DNA from: Burkholderiales bacterium | GTDB taxonomy: Bacteria; Pseudomonadota; Gammaproteobacteria; Burkholderiales; Casimicrobiaceae | Assembly (NCBI GenBank): GCA_014378555.1 | Contig: JACMNN010000029.1 | Location: 1 to 61,180, forward strand | DNA: 61,180 nucleotides | Reading direction: 5' to 3' | The notes under the pieces: generated by a model | Databases searched by the model: none | Told to the model about the DNA's origin: nothing | The model's input: only the letters and a program-made list of their open reading frames with translations | Shown: piece by piece, positions 48,633 to 57,048 of the stretch | Position numbering within the stretch: the first letter of the stretch is position 1 | Layout: each line of letters opens with the position of its first letter | Made by a program: the position numbers and the translations under genes

Positions 48633-51032
48633 CTACTCCGTATCCGGCATGGTGGCCGCGCCCGCAGCCACGCCCTCATTACGCGAGCCGCCACCCGCTC
48701 CCGTATTGGGCCCGCGACCACCGGTGCGCCGCTGCCGTCCACCGCGAGTGGCGCCGTTGCCCGCGCCACCGCCACCGTTGGCCCCATTGCCTCCGTTGCC
48801 TGCGTTTGCGTTACCGCCGCCGGCACTACGTCGGTTGTTGCGACCGCCGCCGTTGGCGCCGTTGCCGGCATTGCCGCCGCCTGCTGCGCCGCGATAGCCC
48901 GGCGCTACGTTGCCATTGACCTCACCATTACCGTCGCGCTTGACGCGATTTCCGGGCGTACGCTGTTGCCGCCGTCCGATCGCTGGCATTTCGGTGGCCC
49001 CACCAAAACCGGGGAACTGCTGTTGCTGCAGCGCGACCGGTGCTGAGCTGCTGTTGCCACCTCGGCCACCACCATTGCCGCTGTTGAAGCGTCCGCCCTG
49101 ACGACCATTGGCACCCGGCCCGCCTTGTCCCGGCACGCCACGGCCACCCGGTTGACGACGACCACGGCCCTGCGTTGCACCCGCATCTGCTGGCAGGCCG
49201 GTCCATACCGCCTCATGCTCAGCGGCTGAACGCATGGGCCCCAGCGGTTGTTGCGGAATCCGATTGCGTCCGCCAAAACGAGCCGCTTTTTCGAGTTTTT
49301 TCTTTGAACGCAGGCCGACCGATTCGAGCACTTCAAACGTCTCGGCCTCATCGAGCAATTTCGACTGACCGCGCTTTAACCATGACGGCATTTGCACGCA
49401 GCCGTAGCTGACACGAATGAGTCGGCTCACCGTCAGTCCGAGATGCTCGAACATGCGCCGAACCTCGCGGTTGCGGCCTTCGTTCAAGGTGATCTTGTAC
49501 CAGTGGTTGGCCGCATCGCTATCGCGATCAATTCGATCCAGCGACAGCACGCGCGCAGGGCCGTCATCGAGCTCGATGCCGTCCATCAATTGGTCTTCTT
49601 GCTCAGGGGTCAGCTCACCGAGCACCCGCACCGAATATTCGCGCAGAATTTCAAAGCGCGGATGCATGAAGCGGTTGGCCAGCTCACCGTAGGTGGTGAA
49701 CAGCATCAGCCCTTCCGAGTTGTAGTCAAGACGTCCCACTGAAACCCATTTGCCATGGTCTGGCTTGGGTAGGCGATCAAACACGGTGTCGCGCTGCTCG
49801 GGGTCATCGCGACTGACAATTTCGCCGGACTGCTTGTGATAGATCAGGATGCGCGGATTGTCGTCGCCGAGCTTCACCGTCACCTTGCGCCGATTCACAT
49901 GAACCCGGTCATGCTCATTGACCACCTGGCCGACCCGCGCTTTGGCGCCGTTAACCTGCACCTCACCGGCTGCAATCATCGCCTCCATGCTGCGCCGCGA
50001 GCCGAGGCCCTGCTGCGCGAGCACTTTGTGCAACCGCTCGCCATCACGTTCACCGGCATCATTGACACCGGAAATCGCCGGCTGGTCCGAGACAGGCTGG
50101 CCGGACACCGGAAGCCCTTCGGAATCAAAACGCGGCGCGTATTCTGCCGCGGCGCGCTGCCCGATGCGAACCGGATGCGCCAGCTCGCGACGATCACGTT
50201 GGTTGCGATTGCGCCGCCCAGCACGATCCATTGGGCGACCTGGGTCACCGAATGCGCCAGGGTTTGAATGAGGGGCGGCGTAAGGGCGGTATTCGCCGTC
50301 AGCTAACGCCACGCCATCGGTGGCAAACGCGGGATCATTGGGTACGAATGCGCCGTCGCTTGCCGCACCGTTTTGGTTGGCGTCGCGCGTGCCTTGGCCT
50401 TGGCCCTCGCGCAGATCGCCACTGCGACCGTTACGACCGCGACCACCACGGCGATTACGGCGGGGGCCGCGCGTGCGATCCTGCTGCTCACCGTTTAGGC
50501 CGGTTGTATTGGTATTCGTATTCGCGATGGCACCGTCTACGCTCGGTGACGCACTGGCGTCACGAGGCGCAGCGCTATCTGCATCCAACCAATTAGTGAT
50601 TTGCGCTGGCGGTTCGCTAGAGGTGTTTTCAGAGCGTGACTGGCTTGCCGCGCGGGGTGGGCGGGCGGCGCGGGGTTCGCGCGGCGGCCGCGGAGCGCGA
50701 GCGGGTCTTGGCGCTTGCACCTCGACGTTTTGCAGGCTGCCGTCCGGCTGATCGGGCGTGGTGACCGCGCTCGGTTCAGTGGCAAGCGCCGCTGCATCTG
50801 CTGCCGCGCGAGGCTGACGAGGCGGGCGCGCCGGCCGCGCTGGGCGGGCTTGCGGCGGCTGATTCGGGTCTCGTGGCTGCCGCGCTTGACGCGCTTGGCC
50901 TTCTGGTCGCGCTTGTCCGGCTTGACGCGGTGCGCGGGGTTGGCGTTGCGCTTTGGCGAACGCGGGATCCACGTTCCCGTTTACGTCGCCCGGCTCGTGA
51001 TCGTCGTGACCGCCATCGTTTGAATCATGCAT
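48633..51032 (-). CDS. rluB: 23S rRNA pseudouridine synthase B with long disordered extensions
   Basis: S4 domain ERLHKVLA..GSRR; VGRLDYNSEGL, HPRFE..REY, EGRNREVRR; follows scpB. Confidence 0.9.
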   Translation of the reverse strand: MHDSNDGGHDDHEPGDVNGNVDPAFAKAQRQPRAPRQAGQARPEGQARQARQPRDPNQPPQARPARPARPPRQPRAAADAAALATEPSAVTTPDQPDGSLQNVEVQAPRPARAPRPPREPRAARPPRAASQSRSENTSSEPPAQITNWLDADSAAPRDASASPSVDGAIANTNTNTTGLNGEQQDRTRGPRRNRRGGRGRNGRSGDLREGQGQGTRDANQNGAASDGAFVPNDPAFATDGVALADGEYRPYAAPHSNPGAFGDPGRPMDRAGRRNRNQRDRRELAHPVRIGQRAAAEYAPRFDSEGLPVSGQPVSDQPAISGVNDAGERDGERLHKVLAQQGLGSRRSMEAMIAAGEVQVNGAKARVGQVVNEHDRVHVNRRKVTVKLGDDNPRILIYHKQSGEIVSRDDPEQRDTVFDRLPKPDHGKWVSVGRLDYNSEGLMLFTTYGELANRFMHPRFEILREYSVRVLGELTPEQEDQLMDGIELDDGPARVLSLDRIDRDSDAANHWYKITLNEGRNREVRRMFEHLGLTVSRLIRVSYGCVQMPSWLKRGQSKLLDEAETFEVLESVGLRSKKKLEKAARFGGRNRIPQQPLGPMRSAAEHEAVWTGLPADAGATQGRGRRQPGGRGVPGQGGPGANGRQGGRFNSGNGGGRGGNSSSAPVALQQQQFPGFGGATEMPAIGRRQQRTPGNRVKRDGNGEVNGNVAPGYRGAAGGGNAGNGANGGGRNNRRSAGGGNANAGNGGNGANGGGGAGNGATRGGRQRRTGGRGPNTGAGGGSRNEGVAAGAATMPDTE

Positions 51033-51043
51033 GTCGTTGATCT

Positions 51044-51763
51044 TTAGTGAACTGTGGGTGGAACAAAGGGGGTCGGGGTCATAGCGTCTCCAGACGGAAT
51101 TTCAAATAGCTCTGCATCGGCGCTTTGCGGCAGCGCGTCAGGGGTGGGATTTACCTCCGCCTCGCGCGGCGATGTGTCAATGCGGCCTTGCTCGGGGTAA
51201 ATCGGCTCAAACAAAACTTCGGGCAGCTCGAGCGCGGGATGCGCGTCGAGTTCGGCTAACGGTGGCAACTCGGACAATGAGCGCAAGCTCAAGTCGTTCA
51301 AAAAAGCTTTGGTGGTGGCGAACAACGCCGGCCGACCGGGTGTGTCTTTATGGCCGATGACCTCCACCCAGCCGCGATCTTCAAGCGCTTTCAGGATATT
51401 GGTCGATACGGCAACACCGCGAATCGCCTCGACTTCGCCACGGGTGGCGGGTTGTCGGTAGGCGATGATGGCCAGCGTCTCCATCACGGCACGAGAATAT
51501 TTTGGCGGCCTTTCAGGGGTCAATCGCTCAATGTTGATCTGCATCTCGGGCCGCGTCTGAAAACGATAGCCTGAGGCGACCTGAGCGATCTCAATTGAGC
51601 CGCGCTCTTTCCATTCAGCGGTCAGGTCGGCCAACAGCAAGCGCACCGTTTCGGTGGGCACCGGAGGATCAAAGACCTTGACGATTTCGTCAAGTGGAAG
51701 CGGTTCGTGGCTGGCCATTAAAACCGCTTCGAGTACACGTTTGGCGTGGGTAAGTTCGTCCAA
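51044..51763 (-). CDS. scpB: SMC-Scp complex subunit
   Basis: SRAVMETLAIIAYRQP, IRGV, PGRP..TT..FL. Confidence 0.95.
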   Translation of the reverse strand: MDELTHAKRVLEAVLMASHEPLPLDEIVKVFDPPVPTETVRLLLADLTAEWKERGSIEIAQVASGYRFQTRPEMQINIERLTPERPPKYSRAVMETLAIIAYRQPATRGEVEAIRGVAVSTNILKALEDRGWVEVIGHKDTPGRPALFATTKAFLNDLSLRSLSELPPLAELDAHPALELPEVLFEPIYPEQGRIDTSPREAEVNPTPDALPQSADAELFEIPSGDAMTPTPFVPPTVH

Positions 51764-51860
51764 TGAAGGCTTTTTTCAATTAACGCAATGCTCTACCGCC
51801 ATTGCCTACGGTGAATGAGGACCCCGAAAAAACTAAACGCTGCAAAAAACAAACAAGTCG

Positions 51861-52748
51861 TTAAACGTTTTCGTCGTTCGCCGCAATCGCGCCCTGAACG
51901 GTGGGTGTGGCCGCAACCATCACGCCACCGTCACCGGCGAGCTGTACGTAAATGGGGCTAAAGGATTCTGTTTGCGCAACCGATATTAGTCGTTCACGCG
52001 CTAACTCAAGGATTGCGAGGAAGGTCACCACAACCAGTGGCACAGACAGCGCTTCCTCGAACAATTCAGCGAATTCTACATGCAATCCCGGTTTGAGCTT
52101 GCGCAACAGGTAACTCATGCGCGCGCGCACCGACAGTTCATCGCGTGTAATGAGGTGCGTTTTGTTAAGTTTCGCGCGCGCCAGAATGCTTGCCCAAGCG
52201 CGACGCAAGTCCTCTGGCTCGACGTCCGGCATCTGCAGCGACGTCTGCTTCTCGAAGATGACGTGAACCACGGCAAAGTCGCGCTCCGCCTGCGGCAGCT
52301 CATCGAGCCCGGCCGCAGCGAGCTTCATTTGCTCGTATTCAAGCAAGCGCTTGACCAGCGCTGCGCGCGGGTCAACTTCTTCGGCCACCAACGCGGGCGG
52401 GCGCGGCAACAGCATGCGCGATTTGATTTCAATCAACATCGCGGCCATCAGCAAATACTCCGACGCCAATTCGAAACGCTGCGTTGATTTCATCTTCTCG
52501 ACATAGTCCAAATATTGCCGCGTGAGGGCTGCCATCGGGATGTCCAGAATATTCAGGTTCTGCTTGCGGATCAAATACAGCAACAGATCGAGCGGCCCTT
52601 CAAACGCGTCGAGAAAAATCTCCAGCGCCTCGGGCGGAATGTACAAATCTTTGGGCATTTGCGACATCGGCTGGCCATAAATTTTGGCAAGCGCATGCTC
52701 GGCAGCGACGGGAATTTCGGGCGTGGGCTCTGAAGCGACTTCCATCAA
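51861..52748 (-). CDS. scpA: Segregation/condensation kleisin
   Basis: FEGPLDLLLYLI, IKSRMLLP, TFLAILEL. Confidence 0.95.
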   Translation of the reverse strand: MMEVASEPTPEIPVAAEHALAKIYGQPMSQMPKDLYIPPEALEIFLDAFEGPLDLLLYLIRKQNLNILDIPMAALTRQYLDYVEKMKSTQRFELASEYLLMAAMLIEIKSRMLLPRPPALVAEEVDPRAALVKRLLEYEQMKLAAAGLDELPQAERDFAVVHVIFEKQTSLQMPDVEPEDLRRAWASILARAKLNKTHLITRDELSVRARMSYLLRKLKPGLHVEFAELFEEALSVPLVVVTFLAILELARERLISVAQTESFSPIYVQLAGDGGVMVAATPTVQGAIAANDENV

Positions 52749-52763
52749 TACCTAACTAAGTTT

Positions 52764-52830
52764 GTAGGGCGGCTTGTTGCGACCGATTTGTGCGTTCGCA
52801 TCGGCAGCCCAGGTCGCGGCGAGCCGCTCC
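52764..52830. repeat. Degenerate GTAG-type REP doublet
   Basis: GTAGGGCGGCTTGTTGCGACC ... GGTCGCGGCGAGCCGCTCC. Confidence 0.6.
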
Positions 52831-52843
52831 AGCAGCCGACGTT

Positions 52844-53368
52844 TCAGGCAACGTCAGACTGCCGAATAAACGTTGGCCCGACGCGCGCTTCTACGGCGTC
52901 CTGTACCTCTTTGCGCAAGCCAAATTCAAAGGCCAATTCGGCTGCAACAAAAATCGGGCCAATGGCCAGCCCCATGATGTCGTCGACAAACGCTGGCTTT
53001 TTACCCTCAAAGTAGTGCCCGACAAACTGAAACAGCCAGCCCACCACGAACAGCCCGATGCCCCACGACAGCCAGATCGCGGTGCTCTGCACCGCCAGCA
53101 TTTGCCCGAGCCACAGGCAGGCGGCAAGAAACACACTCATTGCAACACCAAAGCGAAAATCCAGCTTCAAATAAAACAGCGCGGTGATCGCAACGACTAT
53201 CAACGCCGGAGAAATCGCCATGCCTCTGATGGCCATGAACCCGGGGCGCGACAACAAAATAACCACGCCCACTACGATCATCGGTATGCCGATAAAGTGG
53301 GTGACCACGTTCCGTTTATCGCGATGATAAGCGGCGTATTTGCTTAAGTGCTGCACAAATAAGGTCAT
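52844..53368 (-). CDS. DUF962/Mpo1-like membrane protein
   Basis: YAAYHRDKRN..THFIGIP, QFVGHYFEGKKPA. Confidence 0.88.
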   Translation of the reverse strand: MTLFVQHLSKYAAYHRDKRNVVTHFIGIPMIVVGVVILLSRPGFMAIRGMAISPALIVVAITALFYLKLDFRFGVAMSVFLAACLWLGQMLAVQSTAIWLSWGIGLFVVGWLFQFVGHYFEGKKPAFVDDIMGLAIGPIFVAAELAFEFGLRKEVQDAVEARVGPTFIRQSDVA

Positions 53369-53392
53369 GGTTTCGCCTTCATAGTGCGCTGA

Positions 53393-54595
53393 TTAAACCC
53401 GCGCTAGGCCCATTGCATTGCGCACGTCAAGCATGGTTTCCTCCGCCACCCGCCGGGCCTTCGCGCAACCGTCATGCAACACTTGTTTGACGTAGCCGGG
53501 CTTCGCTTCAATCTCTTTAATGCGAACTTGCATCGGGGCGAGTTCTGCGTTTATCGCTTCGATCACCGGTTGCTTGCACTCAAGGCAACCGATACCCGCG
53601 GTGGTGCAGCCCGCAACCACCCACGCCCGGCGTGCGTCGTCGGAATACACCTGATGCAGCGTCCATACCGGGCAGTCCTCAGGATTGCCGGGATCATTGC
53701 GCCGCGCACGTTTCGGGTCGGTCGGCATACGCTTGATTTTTTGCTCGACGACGGTTGGCAGGTCGCGCAAATCGATGCCGTTGTTGTAGCTTTTGCTCAT
53801 CTTGCGGCCATCAAGGCCGATGACTTTTGATGTCGGCGTGAGAAGCGCTTGTGGCTCGGGCAACACGGTTTTGCGCGCACCGGTAAGAAAGCCTTGCAAC
53901 AGTTCTTTTTCGTCGTTGGACAACGAGCCTGCAGCCGCAACCAGCGCTTTAGCCTGCGCCAGCGCCTCGACGTTTCCGTTTTGATTAAACGCAGTTTTCA
54001 GTTCAGCATAGAGCTTGGCGGGTTTACCGCCGAGCTTTTTAATTGCCGCCATGGCGCGCTCTTCAAACTTCGGTTCGCGGCCATAAATGTGGTTAAAGCG
54101 CCGCGCGATTTCGCGGCTGATCTCAAGGTGTGACACTTGGTCGGCACCGACCGGAACCTGATTGGCACGATACACGCAAATGTCGGCCGTCTGCATCAAC
54201 GGATAGCCCAAAAAGCCATACGTGGTCAGGTCTTTTTCTTTGAGATTTTCCTGCTGCTCTTTGTAGGTTGGCACCCGTTCCAACCAGCCCAACGGCGTGA
54301 TCATGCCGAGCAGCAGCGACAACTCTGCGTGCTGCGGCACCTGGCTTTGCAGAAAAATTGTCGACTGATTCGGGTCGAGACCTGCAGCCAACCAATCGGT
54401 CACCATGTCGAAGGTGGCGCCGGAAATTACGCTCGGGTCGTCATAGTGGCTGGTCAGTGCATGCCAGTCGGCCACGAAGAAAAAACACTCGATTTCAGAC
54501 TGAAGTTTGATCCAGTTTTTGAGTGCGCCGTGGAAGTGGCCAATGTGCATGAACCCGGTGGGGCGCATGCCTGAGAGTACGCGGTCTTTAAACAT
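53393..54595 (-). CDS. trpS: Tryptophanyl-tRNA synthetase
   Basis: SGMRPTG, HIGH, YPLMQTADI, VPVGADQ, KMSKS. True start is MFKDRV at 54595. Confidence 0.96.
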   Translation of the reverse strand: MFKDRVLSGMRPTGFMHIGHFHGALKNWIKLQSEIECFFFVADWHALTSHYDDPSVISGATFDMVTDWLAAGLDPNQSTIFLQSQVPQHAELSLLLGMITPLGWLERVPTYKEQQENLKEKDLTTYGFLGYPLMQTADICVYRANQVPVGADQVSHLEISREIARRFNHIYGREPKFEERAMAAIKKLGGKPAKLYAELKTAFNQNGNVEALAQAKALVAAAGSLSNDEKELLQGFLTGARKTVLPEPQALLTPTSKVIGLDGRKMSKSYNNGIDLRDLPTVVEQKIKRMPTDPKRARRNDPGNPEDCPVWTLHQVYSDDARRAWVVAGCTTAGIGCLECKQPVIEAINAELAPMQVRIKEIEAKPGYVKQVLHDGCAKARRVAEETMLDVRNAMGLARV

Positions 54596-54609
54596 AAATT
54601 CGCATTTTT

Positions 54610-55230
54610 CTAAACGCCGATCAGCGCGCCGAGGGCCTGATAGGAGATGCGGTAGAGCGGCGACAAAATAACGCCAAGTACGCCTGCAAGGGCGAGGCCG
54701 AGCACAATAAACATGCCGTACGGCTCGAGCCGCGAATATTTGTACGACAGCGGCCCCGGCAGCAAACCGGCGAGGATTCGGCCGCCATCTAACGGCAAAA
54801 TCGGCAGCAAATTGAGCACCATCAGCGCCACGTTCCACGAGATACCGGCGCGCGAAATTGCGGCAATGGCAGGGATGTCGTTGAATTTGTAAATAATCGC
54901 CCAGCCGATTGCCATGACCAAATTGGATGCGGGACCCGCCGCTGCCACCCAAATCATGTCCGTTTTTGGGTTGCGCATATTGTTGGCATTCACTGGCACC
55001 GGTTTTGCCCAGCCGAAAAAGAAACCGCCCACAGCCAACGTCAACGCAGGCACTGCCACGGTGCCGACCCAGTCGATGTGTTTGATGGGGTTGAGCGAGA
55101 TACGACCGAGCATTTCCGCCGTGCGGTCGCCAAACACGCGTGCGGCATAGCCGTGTGCAGCCTCGTGCAAGGTGATCGCCGTCAAAAGCGGAATCGCGTT
55201 CACCGCGAGCATGTAGATGATGTTGTCCAT
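54610..55230 (-). CDS. Site-2 protease (M50) family protein
   Basis: HEAAH, AGPASN, NLLPILPLDGG. Confidence 0.93.
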   Translation of the reverse strand: MDNIIYMLAVNAIPLLTAITLHEAAHGYAARVFGDRTAEMLGRISLNPIKHIDWVGTVAVPALTLAVGGFFFGWAKPVPVNANNMRNPKTDMIWVAAAGPASNLVMAIGWAIIYKFNDIPAIAAISRAGISWNVALMVLNLLPILPLDGGRILAGLLPGPLSYKYSRLEPYGMFIVLGLALAGVLGVILSPLYRISYQALGALIGV

Positions 55231-55292
55231 CTAGGTATTTTACGGGGGTGGTGTCTAGACCCTGCTCCCGCCTACAGAATTGGCGGTCTAGC

Positions 55293-55332
55293 AAAAAAGA
55301 AAAAGCCGCGTTGCAGTGGCCAACGCGGCTTT
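55293..55332 (-). terminator. Rho-independent terminator of the porin gene
   Basis: Minus strand reads GCCGCGTTG-GCCACTG-CAACGCGGC-TTTTTCTTTTTT. Confidence 0.8.
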
Positions 55333-55401
55333 GCGTGTCGCGGCACCCGTGTGCCGAAGGTATGTGCCTAACTGTGGAGACGACTTGAGTGCAACAACCG
55401 A

Positions 55402-56643
55402 CTAGAACTTGTGACGCAGCGAAAACTGGTATGCCGTGACGTCCTTGCCGCCGAACGCGCTTACGCCACCGAGAAAACCGTTGCCGCCCGGCAACACTTG
55501 CGCGTTGGCGTTGTTATTGACTTTGGTGACCGCCAAATTAATGTCGGTGCGCTTTGACAACGGGTAGGTGTAGGCCACCCCGTAGGACGTGGAGTCGGCG
55601 TTGCTGGCGCGCTTGTCGTCAAGCCGCGAGTAGCCAACGATCAGCTGCCCGACGCCCAGCGGCACGCGTGCGCCCACGTGGTACAGGCGACTGTCTTGCA
55701 TGAAACGCGGCAAGATCCCGGTGTCGACCAGTACCGCAGGCACGCCGCCGGCAATCAGCCCCGCGCGCAGTTCCGGCGCGGACGAGCCAATAGGCTCTTT
55801 CAACACACCGTACAAAGCGAAGATGTTGGCGAAGCCCGCATCAAAGTTCGCGCCCATCACCAGCGAATTGAGCGACTTTTGGCCCGCGCTGTTGGTGCGT
55901 TCGTTGTAGCCGATACCCGCACCAAACTGAGCGGTCTGGTAGCCGCCGTTGATACCGACCAAGCGGCCAGCCTTAGTGCCCGCAGCGCTCTCGCCGAACG
56001 CGTAGTAGGCGCTGCTGTAGAAGCCTTGCAACTCGATGCGATACATCAGCGCGTTGCTTTCACGAATGTCAATACCGGCTGGAATCGCTGCGAGCTGACC
56101 CGGGGACGCCGCGGTCGCGTTGGCGAACGCGTCGTAGCGGTTGGAAATTTCAAACGCGGGGGTGTATTGACGACCAGCGAGCACCGCGCCAAACGGAGTG
56201 ACGAGGCCTACATAGGCTTGACGGTCAAAGAAGCGACCGGGCACGTTTACGCCCAGCGACGGACCGATGGCACCATTCAATGCAGCTTGCACCGCGAGCG
56301 GCAAGCCGGCGGTAAAGCGGTCGGGCAATTGCGCGCCAGACAGCGGTCGGTTGCTCAAGCCACCGGTATCGGCCTCGAAACGATTTTCTAGCGTGAAGAT
56401 GGCTTTGTAGCCGCCGCCCAAATCCTCGGTGCCGCGCAGGCCCCAACGCGATCCTTCCATGATGCCGCTGGCAACTTGGGTGATGCTGCCGCCCTTCACG
56501 CCGGTGACGTGCTGCACACCCACATCCACGATGCCGTAGAGCGTGACGTTGGCAGTTTGCGCTGTGGCTTGGCTGATGGCGAACGCCAGCGGGATCGCGG
56601 CCAATGCGGCGGTGCTGCGGGCAAATAGTGGCTTGCGTGTCAT
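55402..56643 (-). CDS. Gram-negative general porin
   Basis: NVTLYGIVD, SRWGLRGTEDLGGG, FDRQAYVGL, YPLSKRT, LRHKF. Confidence 0.95.
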   Translation of the reverse strand: MTRKPLFARSTAALAAIPLAFAISQATAQTANVTLYGIVDVGVQHVTGVKGGSITQVASGIMEGSRWGLRGTEDLGGGYKAIFTLENRFEADTGGLSNRPLSGAQLPDRFTAGLPLAVQAALNGAIGPSLGVNVPGRFFDRQAYVGLVTPFGAVLAGRQYTPAFEISNRYDAFANATAASPGQLAAIPAGIDIRESNALMYRIELQGFYSSAYYAFGESAAGTKAGRLVGINGGYQTAQFGAGIGYNERTNSAGQKSLNSLVMGANFDAGFANIFALYGVLKEPIGSSAPELRAGLIAGGVPAVLVDTGILPRFMQDSRLYHVGARVPLGVGQLIVGYSRLDDKRASNADSTSYGVAYTYPLSKRTDINLAVTKVNNNANAQVLPGGNGFLGGVSAFGGKDVTAYQFSLRHKF

Positions 56644-56994
56644 AAATCCTCCGGATATCGCTTAAATCATGCGTCGTATCAATGACCAACAAACTCGCTG
56701 GTTGACGCTTACTAGCGATGATTCTGGCACGGAAGCTTGTGCGTTTGTACACATTGTCATGCGACGCGCGAGTCGAGGTGAGCGGCTGTTGCGGCACCGC
56801 AACCCGGAAGCGTTTTAATCGCGACGGTGCGTGATGCACATTGGTTATTTACCAACAGCTTTAGTGCTTTAAGCCCATTTAAATAGGCGTTAGAACCCGA
56901 TTTATTAATTTATCGACATACACGCGAAATGCAATGCAACCCGCAAATTACAACGCTTTCAGTCAAAAGTTGATCACCAATTTTATGAACCTTA

Positions 56995-57048
56995 ATGCAA
57001 CTAAGATGCTTATTGGGCGTATTCACGTAAAATGCAATCTAGTTTCAT
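56995..57048. promoter_or_regulatory. Two putative Zur-type boxes upstream of the TonB receptor
   Basis: ATGCAAC-TAA-GATGCTT (56995-57011) and ATGCAAT-CTA-GTTTCAT (57032-57048). Confidence 0.55.

Noticed and set aside
54596-55294. 633-aa TrpS or a frameshift fusion with the site-2 protease
   Set aside because: The extension is an alternative frame of the protease gene. TrpS has a normal start at 54595 and I saw no slippery site.
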